Origin: Octopus sinensis | Lineage: Eukaryota | Length of the DNA stretch: 64,000 nt | Reading direction: 5' to 3' | NCBI RefSeq assembly: GCF_006345805.1 | Contig: NC_043004.1 | Location: 7,688,001 to 7,752,000 of the forward strand | In this document: positions 1-14,000 of the stretch, one piece after another | How the letters are laid out: every line of letters begins with the position of its first letter | How positions within the stretch are numbered: position 1 is the first letter of the stretch | Program-made: the position numbers and the translations under genes | The notes under the pieces: generated by a model | Database searches by the model: none | What the model was told of the DNA's origin: nothing | What the model saw: only the letters and a program-made list of their open reading frames with translations

Positions 1-13
1 GGTGAAGAGAAAT
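1..13 (+). CDS. WDR36: WDR36 tail of a truncated exon (GEEK + phase-1 T)
   Basis: GGT GAA GAG AAA T|GTAGGT joins 2637 to read GEEKCHVCAVHGIAVD, which aligns with the recalled vertebrate GKDQAHKGSVRGVAVD. Confidence 0.7.
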
Positions 14-3000
14 GTAGGTTTTTATAAACGTTTTACTTGTACACACCTGCATGCACATACACACACATACACACATCAGTAAGACAGTCTGCTGATTCTT
101 GGATAGGTAATGCTTACCTGGTGGGAATTATATAATAATTGAAGTACATGATGATGTAGTGGATGGTTTTTGTAAAATTTGTTGACATTGCAGATAACCT
201 AGGGGGACCAGGCAACAAAATCGATTGTATCTCTGGCTGTATGCTTTGTCTGTAGTCATAATGTTTAACCCTAAACGGCCAAGTTCTAAATATATATATG
301 GAGTGGCTGTGTGGTAAGTAGCTTGCTTACCAACCACATGGTTTTGAGTTCAGTCCCACTGCATGGCACCTTGGGCAAGTGTTTTCTACAATAGCCTTGG
401 GTCAACCAAAGCCTTGTAAGCGAATTTGGTAGACGTAAACTGAAAGAAGCTCATTGTGTGTGTGTGTATATATATATATATGTTTGTGTGTCTGTGTTTG
501 TCCCCGCAACATCACTTGACAACCGGTGCTGGTGTGTTTACATCCCCGTCACTTAGTGGTTTGGCAAGAGAGACCAATAGAATAAGTACTATGCTGATTT
601 GCTTGACTAAAGGCGGTGCTCCAGCATGGCACAGTCAAATGACTGAAACAAATAAATGAATCTCAAGCAAGAATTTATCATTACAAATAGCAGTAAATAA
701 TAGCACTGTAAAACTGGTATGTGGTGGTGGTCATGGCCGACTCAAGATACTGACAACTTGGGTAGTCGCCTGGGACACCAAGGAGGCTGTGACAAAGACA
801 AGGAAATTTTCACAACTGTTACCTTGTACATGTTGAAGTTCAGCTTGCCCAGGGTGCCAGCAACCTTAAGGCTGGCCCTGATGGTGGTGGTAGTGGCTAA
901 ATCACTTGCAATAATAAATATTATGTAGATGGCAGCCAGGAATAAAATGTAGGTAACAATAGTAGCAGCAATGATAACGAATGGAGATCAAAGCATAAAG
1001 TAGATATAATTATACCCAGCTCTGATGATAAAATTCATCATCGTTTAACGTCCGTTTTCCATGCTAGCATGGGTTGGACGGTTTGACCTGGGCCTGGGAA
1101 GCCAGGATGGCTGCACCAGGCTCCAGTCTGATCTGGCAGTGTTTCTACAGCTGGATGCCCTTCCTAACACCGACCACTCCGTGAGTGTAGTGGGTACTTT
1201 TTACGTTCCACCGGCTCAGAAGCCAGTCAAGGCGGCGCTGGCATTGGCCACGTTCAGATGGTGCTTTTTATGTTCCACCGGCACGGGGATCACAACTACA
1301 ATTTCCATTTGATTTTCATTTTGATTTTGATGTACTTGACTCAATAGGTCTCCTCAAGCGCAGCATGTCGCCCTATGATCCAAGCTACTTTTGAGTGGGT
1401 TGGTTATGCGACACTGGTGTAGGATTCAGCTTTGAACTCATTTTATATGTTGGGTCATCCCAGTCACAGCATATCTCCAGAGGTCTTGGTCTTTTGTCAT
1501 TACCTCTTTGAGGTCCAATGTTTGAAGGTCATGCTTCACCACCTCATCCCATGTCTTCCTGGGTCTACCTCTACCCCAGATTCCTTCAACTGTTTGGGAG
1601 TGGCACTTCTTTCACATAGCTCTCCTCATCCATCTATAGTATATGACCATACTAGTGCAAACGTCTTTTTTGCACACCACATCTGATGCTTCTTATGTCC
1701 AACATTTCTCTCAGGGTGCTTACACTATCATGTGCACACTGACATTACACATCCAGTGAATCATGCTAGCTTCATTTCTTTCGAGCCTCAGCAGTCACGG
1801 CCCATGTTTCACTGCCATGAAGCATGGCAGTTCACACACATGCATTGTACAATCTACCTTTCACTCTGATCGAGAGGCCCTTTTTTACCAGTAGGGGTAG
1901 AAGCTTTCTAAACTTTGCCAAGGCTATTCTTATTCTAGTGGTAACACTCTCTGAGCATCCACCCCACTACTAACTTGGTTACCTTGGTAGCAGAAGCTAT
2001 CAATTACTTCTAGTTTTTTCCCCTGGAATGTGAGTATTATAAATATCTCCTTGGACAAGAATTTGTTGTTTTGAATACTCATTGTTATCATCATCATTTT
2101 GTAAATCTGAGACTACAATTTTTAAGATGAATGGTGTGATTTAAGGATGGTTTGGTTGCTATTTCAAGCAGGTCAAGCAACTTTATAGGAGCTTTCACCT
2201 GGTATATAAACTATTCATTTAAAAGGCTGCTACTCTGTTGTAATGGTGGCAGCAGTGGTGGTGACATGTACAAACTGAATGTAAATCTTGCCTCCTGACG
2301 GACAAATGTCAGCAAATGAGAAACACCAGTAAGAACTGGTTTGCTTTGATCAGCTGAGTGGGGTTGCTAGATTCCCTTGTTTGAAAATATAAGGACATAG
2401 ATCATGTCGTATAGCCAGCTGGAGACGATGTCTCCTGGGGCTAAATTACAGCAACATTCGTCCTAAACCTGGACTGCCATGTTATGTTGGCAAACAATCT
2501 TTACTCCAGAGTCAATCATGTTTGTTATTTTCTAAATTTGTAGTTTGACTTGTTCCTCATTCTTGCATGCTAAACACAAACTCAACCATGTCTTCTGACA
2601 TTTTAATTTTCTGTGATATTTTTTCCCTTTGTGTAGGTCATGTCTGTGCCGTGCATGGCATTGCTGTCGATGCCAATAACCAAATCACTGTCACGGCTGG
2701 AGCCGATGGAACACTGAAGTTCTGGAAGTTCAAGTCAAAACAACTTTTAAAAGAATTGAAACTCGACAGCTATATTGCCAAAATTTTACTTCATCGTGAA
2801 AGGTAAATAAACCACTGTGAGTGTGTATATGTGAGATTATTGAGAGAGGAACTGGAAGCATGGAGACAAGTTGCATGTGAACCGAGAGGTGCATGTCTCA
2901 TTTGTAACACTTCACATGCAGATACAGGATTATCAACCATCTCGTCCACTCTGCTGAGAGGTTGGTGTTAGGAAGAGCATCCAGCTGTAAAAATCCTGCC

Positions 3001-5020
3001 AAAACAGCCACAGAAGTGCGGTGCAGGATTCGGCCTGGACGGCTCTTGTGGTACCGTCCCACCCATGCTAGCATGGAACATGGATGTTTAATGATGATGA
3101 TGCTCCCATATGGCTGCAGTTCTCCAGCTAAGATTAGTAAAAGAATAATAATGATGTCTTCTGGAGTTCATCAAATGCAAGCGAGAGCTGAGTTTGACAC
3201 CTGTATTATCAAGAACTTGGGCATCTTGTAAGTCTTTTGAGTTTCATTTTGCAGAAAGGTTTTATGTTAACCCTTCAGCATGCAGCTTCCTCTGCATCCC
3301 ACCCATGCTAGCATGGAACATTGACGTTAAATGATGGTGGTGGCGGGGGCGGTTGTTACTGAAACTGGTTGAGATTTCCTTTTTTATTTATGAATGAAAT
3401 GCCTCTAAGCATTTTGTCCAGCATGCTTACAATTTCTACCTTGATAATAATAATAATAATAATTCATTATAAGAAAACATTAAAAACTGCAGAATTATTA
3501 GTAAGAAAACAAAATATTTAAAAATGTGGTTCAGGGTTCTCATCTTTGGAATAGATTTACGATTGATTTGGTTCCCGTTGAGCTGCAGGAGATCAACATT
3601 TTCATCTTTTTTACAGTTGAAATTGTATAAGTTACTCTTTTGTGGATTGTGTTGTAGTTGTTTTAGCTTCAGGGGTTCCAGCTATGGCCATCTCCTTTAT
3701 TCTTTGTCAGGTTGTGTTCATCCAGAACCATATATAGCGTGTCTTAACACATTTAAGACTTGATAAGATTTAAAGATTTGACTGCTATTTCTAGCTGTTT
3801 GGGTGACTATGAAGTGTCTCTCCTTCATTATGTGCTTGTTTGTACAAGATATTTTACTTGATTGTTGATATCTATTTAGTTTTACAGATCTGATGAAACC
3901 CTCTAACATCACCACTCACTGTACTTTGGAAATGCAGAAACACCACTTGGCTATTTTCCCTTTTCTACTAATGTCAGACACATTTTGGTGATAAACAAAA
4001 TGAAAACTTTTTTTTCATGTGTTTGCCCTGCAATAATTTTGAAACTGCATTGATGGAAAAAGTTATTTTATTAAATGATACAAATTAGATATTTTTTTTT
4101 CAAATGCAGAATTGCTGCTAGAACAGCAGAAATAGTGGGTAAGTTACCCTTACAAGGCAGGAAAATTTTGTCAACAACCAGCCATGAGACTTGAACCCAT
4201 ATCTCTTAAAGACTGCTGTTCTAATGGCAAATTCTGTGTTTGAAAAACGAATATCATCTAATTTGTATAATTCAGTACACATTTCAATGCTTATAAAAAC
4301 AAATGTTAGTTTGTTTCTGTTTATAGACATGTGCTAGTGGCACGTAAAAAGCACCATCGAAACGTGGCCGATGCCACTACTCTGTGACTGGCTCCCATGC
4401 AGGTGGCGTGTAAAACACACCATCCAAATGTGGTTGATGCTAGGCCCACCTGACTGAATCCTGTGCTGGTGGCACATAAAAAGCACCCACTACACTCTGA
4501 GTGGTTGGCATTAGGAAGGGCATCCAGCTGTAGAAACATTGCCAGATCAGATTGGAGTCTGGTGCAGCCTCCTGGCTTGCCAGTCTTCAGTCAACTCATC
4601 CAACCCATGCTAGCATGGAAAACGGACATTAAATGATGATGATGATGTAGTTGTTTTATTGTTTAACTTTCTTCTAATTGTGACAGTTCCCTGTTAGCAG
4701 TGTCTCTCAACAACCTCTCCGTCTCAATAGTGGATTTACAGACAAAGAATGTGATTCGAGTTTTCTCTGACCACCAACATCAAATAACAGATATGGTGAG
4801 TGAAATGTTTCTTATATTTCATATTATTATTATGAATGCTGATATTAAGTTGTAAAAAAGCACTTGTGCTGGTCTACATAAAAGGCACCCAGTACACTCT
4901 GTAGAGTGGTTGGCATCAGGAAGGGCATCCAGCCATAGAAACCATGTCAAAATAAACAACTGGAGCCTGGTACAGCTCTCCAGCCATGCCAGCATGGAAA
5001 ACGGATGCTAAATGAGGATG

Positions 5021-5061
<41 letters not shown>

Positions 5062-8000
5062 GAGGGTGAGTCAAAAAGTAATGCCATTTTGTTTAGGACA
5101 GGTATAATTACCAACACAGGAACAAAATGAAGCTGGTCCTCTGTGGATCAGATCCCTACTTCTCAACATAGTCATTGTTTCTCTCAATGGCAATGTTCCA
5201 CCTTCTATCATTATCATTGCACTATCATCTCTTCGGCCCCATGAAAGAGGGTTTGAGAGGCAAACATTATTCCAGTGACGAGGAAGTGAAAACTGTTGTG
5301 AAGAAGTGGTTCAAAGAACAGTCAACATTTTACAGGGCAGGGATTCATGCTCTCATTCGAAGGCAGTACATTGCTATTGAGAGGAACGGTGACTATGTTC
5401 AGAAGTAGAGATGTAATCTACAGAGGACCAGCTTCATTTTGATGTATGATACATATTCCTGTGTTGGTAATTATACCTGTCCTAAACAAAATGGCATTAC
5501 TTTTTGACTCACCCTCGTATATTGTTTGCAGGCGTGACAATTTCAATAAGAAGCTCATTTTGCAACATTGTGGTTCTAGTTCAATTCCACTGCATGGCAC
5601 CATGGCCAGGTGTCTTCTAATTCAGCAGGGTTTCTACAGCTGGATGCCTTTCCTAACACCAATCACTTTATAGAATGGACTGACTGCTTTCTATGTGGAA
5701 CCAGCATTTATGTGATTTTTTTCTTGCAGACTTTCAGTCCAGATGCTCGATGGTTGATAACATCTTCGATGGATTCACTTGTCCGAACATGGGACCTGCC
5801 GTCAGGAAGGTAAGTTTTTAACAAATACTCTTAGACTTAATGAGTAATTGATTGGTTTTTTTTCATTTGCTGAGCTTAATTTCGTCAGTGGAGCGAATCA
5901 CTTATGATAGACTGGTTGATTTGTTCAAAAGGGTGTTTATCTCTTCTCTCCATTGAAACTAGAGATTTCAATGATGAAGTTGTTTATTTTTAGAATGACA
6001 CTGTAGGGTGGGTGTGAGAGGCCAGATCTGGCCAGATTGAACATACAACAAGTAAAATATTTGGGTTGGCCATGGTTGGATTGAAACATTAAAGGGTTAA
6101 ATATACCCTCCTAAGTCATTACACATAGGGACACCTTGTCTGATGCAGAGACTAATGGATATTTCTTTTACCTGATCATTAAAAGCAATTATTTGAACCT
6201 TGTGAAGTATCTAACTCTTAACCATTGTAGAGAAGGACATCATCATTTCATGTCCAGATGCATTGGATATTTGAACATTTAATTAAATTCTGAATAATTT
6301 GTTTTAATCGTTTTGTTAAGGTTGATTGATTGCTTTGAAGTGGACACACCTGTATCTTCTGTGAGTATGTCACCAACTGGAATATTCTTGGCCACATCCC
6401 ATATTGATGATATTGGTATCTACCTTTGGTCTAACAAAACACTCTATCAACAGACATCACTCTCTGCATTATCTGACGATTTTGTACCAAAGTTAATCTC
6501 GGCACCAACAACTGGATACGCAGCAGAAGGTATTGTCCTCTTGTTAATATTTTAGCTATAAATTAAAATATTTTTATTAACTCCAATTACAGTTTGAACC
6601 TTTTTGGCTGTTATTATTTTACATGTTTGCCGTAGAGCACAATATTGGACGGGTGTTGATATTCCATCCTGGAAACGAATCCTGTTCTGCACAGTTGTAA
6701 CTTCGCAGCATTACCTTATTATTGGTGACTCCTACCTTTTTGAAGACTTAAATGTTTCAGTTCTACAACCATGTAATTTCCCACTCGGCAGGTTAACAAG
6801 CCACATTTAATTAGAGATTGTAACTTTTTTTCCTTTCTCTGATGCCCTTGGGAAAGGCACACTCCTCCTGCAGGAAATAGAGCTGATTCTTTGTTCAAGA
6901 ATGGTCAAACTGTTGTCTTTATTCCACTGACCAGTGCATGGAATGAATATTTATCACAAGAAGTATGTTTCCCAATCATATGGTTTCAGGATCAATCTCA
7001 CTACGCAGCAACATTGACCAAAGCCTTTTGTCAGTAAATTTGGGAAACAGAAACTGAAAGAAGCCCTGCATGTGTGCGTGTAATGTATGTATATATATTG
7101 AAGTGGGTGTGTAGTTGAGAAACTTTCTTCCTAGCCACGTGATCTCCTGTTCAGTCCCACTGCACAGCACCTATAGCTCCAGCCTGACCAAAGCCTTGTC
7201 AGTGGATTTGGTTGACAGAAAATGAAAGAAGCCCATCATATCTCTATAACTATGTGTGTGTCTTCTTGTCTTGACATCATTTGGTGGTTGTAAACGAGCT
7301 TCACCATCATACAAGTGGTGTTGCTTGTTTCCAGTCATCATCATGATCATCATTTAATGTCCGTTTTCCATGCTAGCATGGGCTGGACGATTCGACTGGG
7401 GTCTGGAAAACCAGGAGGCTGCACCGGGCTCCAGTCTGATCTGGCAGTGTTTCTACAGCTGGATGCCCTTCCTAATGCCAACCACTCCATGAGTGTAGTG
7501 GGTGCTTTTTATGTGCTACCGGCACAGGTGCCAGGGGAGGCTGGTAGCGACCACAATCAGTTGGTGCTTTTTACGTGCCACCGGCACAGAAGCCAGTCAA
7601 GGCGGCGCTGGCATCGGCCACGTACAGAAGGTGCTTTTTACATGCCACTGGCACAGGGATCACAACTACAATTTCCATTTGATGTTGATGTACTTGACTC
7701 AATAGGTCTCCTCAAGCACAGCAGTCTTGTGTGAAAAACATATCTGGCTATTGGAAAATATTCCCTTTCTTAGAAACAGGCAGGTCTTGGTAACCATAAG
7801 GGCATCTGGCTGATGAAGTATCTGCCTCTCTAATATATTCTTCTAAACCCATCTTAACATGGAGAAACACATGAAGCAAACAACCTTTACATTCTTCTCT
7901 TTGATTTTAATATTAATTTTTGTTTCATGTTTTACTTTCATTTTATTATTTTTTTTTATTTAGCTTCTTCACTTCCTGAAGATGAAGAGGAGGAACCCAT

Positions 8001-11000
8001 GGATGATGCTGAATCTCCCTTCAAATCACCTGACCAAATTAGTAATGAACTTGTTACACTCTCATTGATGCCAAACTCTCGTTGGAAGAATTTATTGAAC
8101 TTGGATGTTATCCGAGTAAGTCCTGCATTTATCTGGTATTATTTGTTTTTTTACTCCCAAGAGTCAGAAAAGCAATCAAAGACTACCCACATTTTCTGCT
8201 TGACTGTTGGTAATGACTGGTAGTCATTAGTGGGGGATAAGCTCTATTTGAGGAAAATAAACTATTTTCCTGTTTCTTTTCAAAAGACGTTCTTGATGTG
8301 AGGTGGAATATCTCCAACTGGGAATCGAAATAGACTCAGTTTGCATGGCTCTTACGCCTACACTCTGTCCTCCCTAATATATGGTGATGTCCAGTCGTCT
8401 TAAATAGGTTTTTGGGTCAGCATTAAAGGCTTCCTGTTTGCCAAGCTTCACTCATTTATAAGTAAAATCTATGAAGTTCAGTTCTTTATTTAACCCTTTC
8501 GTTACCGTATTTATTTTGAGATGCTTTGTATTTCTTTCAATTAATTTTAAATATAACAAAGAATTTAGTAAAATAACTTAGTTATCATTAGCCACTGTTA
8601 GGAACATAAATTGTGACAAAGGTTTGGTGGAAGATTTTAATTCAAAACTTATGAAAACAAGACATTTGTACTCAAGAGCCAGAGCCGGTTTCAGCCGGGT
8701 TGGTAACGAAAGGGTTAAGAGATGAAGAATTATTTACATTTGACGGATATTTGTCCTCATCTTGTTTGTTGTTAACATTTCGACTGATATACCCTCCAGC
8801 CTTCATCAGGTGTATTGGAGAAATTTTGAATTTGGGTTCTCATTCCTAAGGTATTTTTCAATGTTATTATTATTATTATTATTATTCCGAGTTCGATTCC
8901 AGGCAGTGATCTGAATAGTATTAATAATAATATCGAAAAATACCATAGAAATGAGAACCCAGGTTCGAAATTTCCCCAAGACACCTGATGAAGGCTGGTG
9001 GGTATATCAGTTGAAATGTTGTGTTAACAACAAACAAAATGAGGACAAATATCCGTCAAATGTAAATAATGTAAATAATCTATGAAGTTGTTAGAGTCAG
9101 GCAAAGTATTGAGCAGCAGAAACCAAAAACGGGATGTATGAGTGAAATGTAGTGATGTTAGCCAGTTAATAGAGCAGAAAGTTTGAATAAGAATTGACAT
9201 AGACCAAGGTGGTCCGTCTAATGCAGACCAGCATGAAAAATAGACATGAATGATGACAGCTGCTCTGGAATTCTGTTGACCCCTCAGGCAAGAGTTTGTT
9301 CCAATCCTGTTTTGCTGGACCACCCCCGACCATTTCAATTGAGAATGTCATTATTTGCATTAACCGTATGCTTGGTTGTGGAACATTCTGTTCTAGAAGA
9401 TCATGAAAATAATATTGTCATCGTTTAACGTCTGTTTTCCATGCTGGCATGGGTTGGACGGTCTGGCTGGAGACTGGCAAGCCAGGAGGCCGCATCAAGC
9501 TCCAATCTGATATCAAAAAACTGTTTAAGGTTAAAAACAGGAAATCTTGCTTCAATTTATCCTTTCTTTGTTTTACATTTGAGTTTTCTTATTTTAAACA
9601 AGCAGTGTATCATTATCGAATAATTAATATTTAATTAGAAATGTCTAACAATGTTTATTTTTTAAAATTAGTTTACTTTTATCTTTCATGTCTCTCTTCC
9701 TATGAAGAGGTTCAGAGAGCAGGTAGTTGTGGGCCGATGGGGTTCCTTTTGGTAGGGCATGATTATTTCTTTAGTACTGGTTCTGCAAAAACAAATAAAT
9801 AAAATGCATCCAATGTTCTCTGAAGAGTGGTTGATGCCAGCAGCCAAATGCAGAAGTCACTTAAAGTCCTCTGACCTCTTTGAGTAATCCGGAACCCCTG
9901 AATATAGGTTGCCATTAATTGTGATGCCCTATTCAACCCATGCCAGCAGCAAAAGCAGGCCTAAGACACTGACGATGTTATTTCTTTCTTTTTTTTTTTT
10001 TCAGTTGAGAAATAAGCCAAAACAACCTCCCAAAAAACCGAAAGCAGCACCGTTTTTCTTACCCACAATTCCTGGCCATGACATCAAATTTGCTGTTGAG
10101 AAAGAAAGAGATGAGGAGGTAAGTTTGTTTGGTTTTCCTTCTCCATTTTTTTTTTACAAAGTAAACGATTATGATAATTATTGAAATTTAAATGAGATTT
10201 AGTATTTCTTTTGCCTAGATATCCTTGTATTTTCAAGAAATTACGGTTATTTTTGTCAATTTACACATAATTTGACTTGTTATTTTAATATCAATTGTTG
10301 GATAATCATAGAAAGTTCTGGCTGTTGAGAGAGAATTGTATTTTTATCCTTCCTTATTGGAACATTTTGTTGTATTTTGTAAAGCCATGATTGTTGTTTT
10401 AATATTTATTCACTTCATTTCTTTATTGAAGATATGTGAAGAGCATGGCAACAAAATGATATTTTGAGTTCAGTCATACACACACACATAGCCCGTGCTT
10501 CACTTATTAGGTTGTCAAGAAAGTTCTTGTGGTTTTTAACCTTTAAGTTCAGGTGCATTTATCTCGGCTTAAACAAAACTTTATTAATCGAAATAAACAC
10601 CATCAGAATCAACACACTTTTGCCAACGCGAAACAAGTTTACTTATGCCAATAACGTAGAAATCCTGCGTTCTGGTGATGATGAAGTTGTTGAAGGCGTG
10701 TTTGGCATCGGCTTGGGTTTTGAAGCATTTCTCACACAGAAAGTTGTTGAGATGCTCTAAAAATTGTTAGTCGGTAGGCGAGAGGTCTGGTGAGTATGGC
10801 AGATGAGGCAGAGTTTCATAGCCCAATTCGTTCAACCTCTGCAGAGTCAGTTGTGCTATGTGCGGCCGAGCATTGTTGTGGATAAGAATTGGTCCTTTTC
10901 TATTGACCAATGCTGGCTGTTGTTGTCAGAGTTTCTCATGCATTTCATCCATTTGCTGAGAGTACTTCTCTGCTGTAATGGTTTCGTCTGGATCCAAAAA

Positions 11001-14000
11001 GCTGTGATGGATGAGACTGGCCGCAGACCACCAAAAATCACCATGACCTTCTTTTGGTGCAACTTTGGCTTCAGGGAGTGCTGTGGAGCTTCAGCGACGT
11101 CCAACCACTGAGCTCAGCGTCACGGGTTGTTGTAAATAAACCACTTTTCATTGCAAGTCACAATCTGGTTGAGAAATGGGTTGCTCTTCTTGCGTAAAAG
11201 AAGGGAAGACGACACTTCGAAATGGCGTTTTTTTTTCTTTTTGGTTGTCGTTCAATTCGTGCGGCACCCATTTCTCAAGTATGTTAGTTTTTCTAATTTC
11301 TTCTGAGTGGTTGTAAATTGTCGTATATGTTACGTCTAATTCAGAAGCAAGCTCTTGAACAGTTGTGCGTGGATTGGCTTCGACTAAGGCTCTTAGTTGA
11401 TTGTTGCCAACATCCGATAGCTGACCACTACGCTTATCATCACCAAGACTCTCATCACTGCTACGAAATTTCTTGAACCACCATTGTGCTGTACGTTCAT
11501 TAGTGGTTCCTGGGCCAAACTCATTGCTGGTATTGTGAGCTGTTTCAGCAGCTTTTCGGCTTAGCTTGAACTGGAATAAGAAAATTGTGCAAATTTGCTC
11601 TTTGTCCATGTTTTATTCAAGATTCCAGAAAAATATGACCTAATTATTCAAAAAGAAAAAGAGTAACACGATTAGATAGAGCGAAAAACGGGCTTTAAAG
11701 TGATATATAAAGTCAAAGTAATTTAACGAAAATTAATTTGAAAATACCAAAATTAAAAATTCTGCGAGAACTTTCTTGACAATCTAATATCTACGCATGC
11801 ATGCATGACAGTTGAGTTGAGTTTCTCCAAATGGTTGGTGACAACTGATACATTTCCACCATTTTTCGACCTCTGACCTCAGCACTGTGCATCTCTTGCA
11901 CATTGTTCATACTTCACATTCCTTGTGCTCCCACCTTCTCCACCCCAAAACTCTCAATGCCTCCCTCAATGTCTACCATTCACAACCATTTCCTGCTTTC
12001 CCCCTCTCCTTTCCCAAACTCCCTAACTTACTTCACCGTCCACCCTGTTCAGTCCTTTGCATTCATCTTCTTGTAAACCTGAGGGTACACCTAAACACCC
12101 CTTCACCACCATCTCTATCACAACGATCCCTTTTCCTGTTCCTCTACCATCACCCAGTATAAAACCACCTTCCTTCGAGGTTTTGGGAGTTACTTGCTGA
12201 CCTAACCGATGCCAGTGCCACATAAAAACCATTTGGTGCATTCTGCAAAGTGGATGGCATTAGGAAAGGTTCTGGAAACCCTGCCAAAGCAGACACTGGG
12301 GCTTCATGTAATCCTCTGACTCCTCGGTTCCTGCCAAGCCATCCAAACCCATGTCAGTATGGAAAACAGACATTAAATGATGCTGGTGGTTGTGTGTGTG
12401 TGTATTTGTGATATATTATGAGAGATACCGTAAGATTATTTGTCTGTTTGAATAGTTTCTTCATTTAAAATAATTTTCAGATTAAAAGTTGGGAGTAAAG
12501 AAAGAAACCGTTAATTGAATTCCTAGCTCTGGTTCACTTGTGAATGAAAATTCATGAATCAAAAACTTTTTTTTCCCATTACTGTATTTGTTGATATAAA
12601 ATGTTTTTTTTTCCCCCACAAAAAAATGTATCCCCAAAAAATCACCTGTATCTTATGATGCAAACGTTCCAAAATCTTAATAAGTTTCTGCTTGTTGTTT
12701 GTGGTCAACAAGTGTTTGGTTGGTGATGGTTCTGTTGAATGAAGTTTATAACAATGTCTCTACATCTCATGGATTGTCTAGAGATACATGGCAGTGAAGC
12801 ACGGGCTATGACTGTTGAGGCCATACGTAAGCTTAAAAGAAATGAAGCTAGTACGATCCTCTGGATGTGTAATGCCATCGTGCACACATGACAGAGTGTG
12901 AGAGCCTTGGGAGAAATGCTGGACATAAGCATCAGATGTGATGTGCAACAGAGACGACCATGCTGGTATGGTCATGTGGTGCTTATGGATGAGGAGAGCT
13001 GTGTGAAGAAGTGTCACTCCCTAACAGTGGAAGGAGACCCAGGAAGACATGGGATGAAGTGGTGAAGCACGAACTTCAAACACTGGGCCTCACAGTGGCC
13101 ATGACAAGAGACCGAGACCTCTGGAGATATGCTATGATTGAGAAGACCCGGCAAGTAAAGTGAAATCACAGCCGTAGCCTATACCAGTGTCGCATAACCA
13201 GTCCATTTAAAAAGTACCTTTGAATCGTTGGGTGACACACTGTGCTTGAGGAGACCCAATGAGTCAAGTAAAATCAAAAATCAAAATAACAATCAGAATC
13301 TCAATCAACTCAAAATCAAAAATGGAAATTGTTGTTGTGGCCAACGTCAGTGCCACCTGACTGGTTCTCTGTGCTGGTGGCACGCAATAAGCAACATTCA
13401 TGTGTCGGTCCTTGCCAGTGGCACATAAAAAGCACCATCTGAATGTGGTCGATGCCAGCACCCTTGCCCCGACTGGATCTTGTGCTGGTAGCATGTAAAA
13501 AATACCATCCGAATGTGGCTGATGCCAGTGCTGCCTGACAGGCTCCCATGCCGGTGGAACGTAAAAAGCACCCACTACACTCTCGGAGTGGTTGGCGTTA
13601 GGAAGGGCATCGAGCTGTAGAAACCTTACCAGATCAGACTGGAACCTGGTGCAGCCTCCTGGCTTAACAGTCCTCATTTAAACCATCCGGCCCATGCCAG
13701 CATGGAAAGCAGACATTAAACGATGAACAACATTCGTATTTCATTAGCAATGCAGTATCAAAGAATAAATGCTCATCTAGTTGGCATTTTGGGGTGGTCA
13801 AAGGGGTATTTCTAATCAGTGACCACTGTCCACAGAGCTTATACTCTTTCATCTTTTCTTTTCTATGTGTAGACAACGTCCCGTATATCTGTCGGATTGA
13901 AAACGCATTTATCAGAGACGGGAAAACTTTTACAGAATGCAAACAATGAAGATGATTGTAAGTATATTTATATCTTCACCAGTGTTTATTGTATTTTGAT

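Larger units (their letters stand above)
8479..9076 (+). mobile_element. Second copy of the tRNA/pLTR/hammerhead foldback element, interrupted by a piggyBac MITE
   Basis: Inverted arms of about 150 bp (about 8720-8870 vs 8925-9070), B box GTTCGATTCC at 8891-8900, 13-bp flanking repeat AATCTATGAAGTT at 8466-8478 and 9077-9089. Confidence 0.7.

Noticed and set aside
5860-5895. Minus-strand CTGACGA...GAAA hammerhead-like match
   Set aside because: Stem II is at most 3 weak pairs and there is no stem I/III complementarity.
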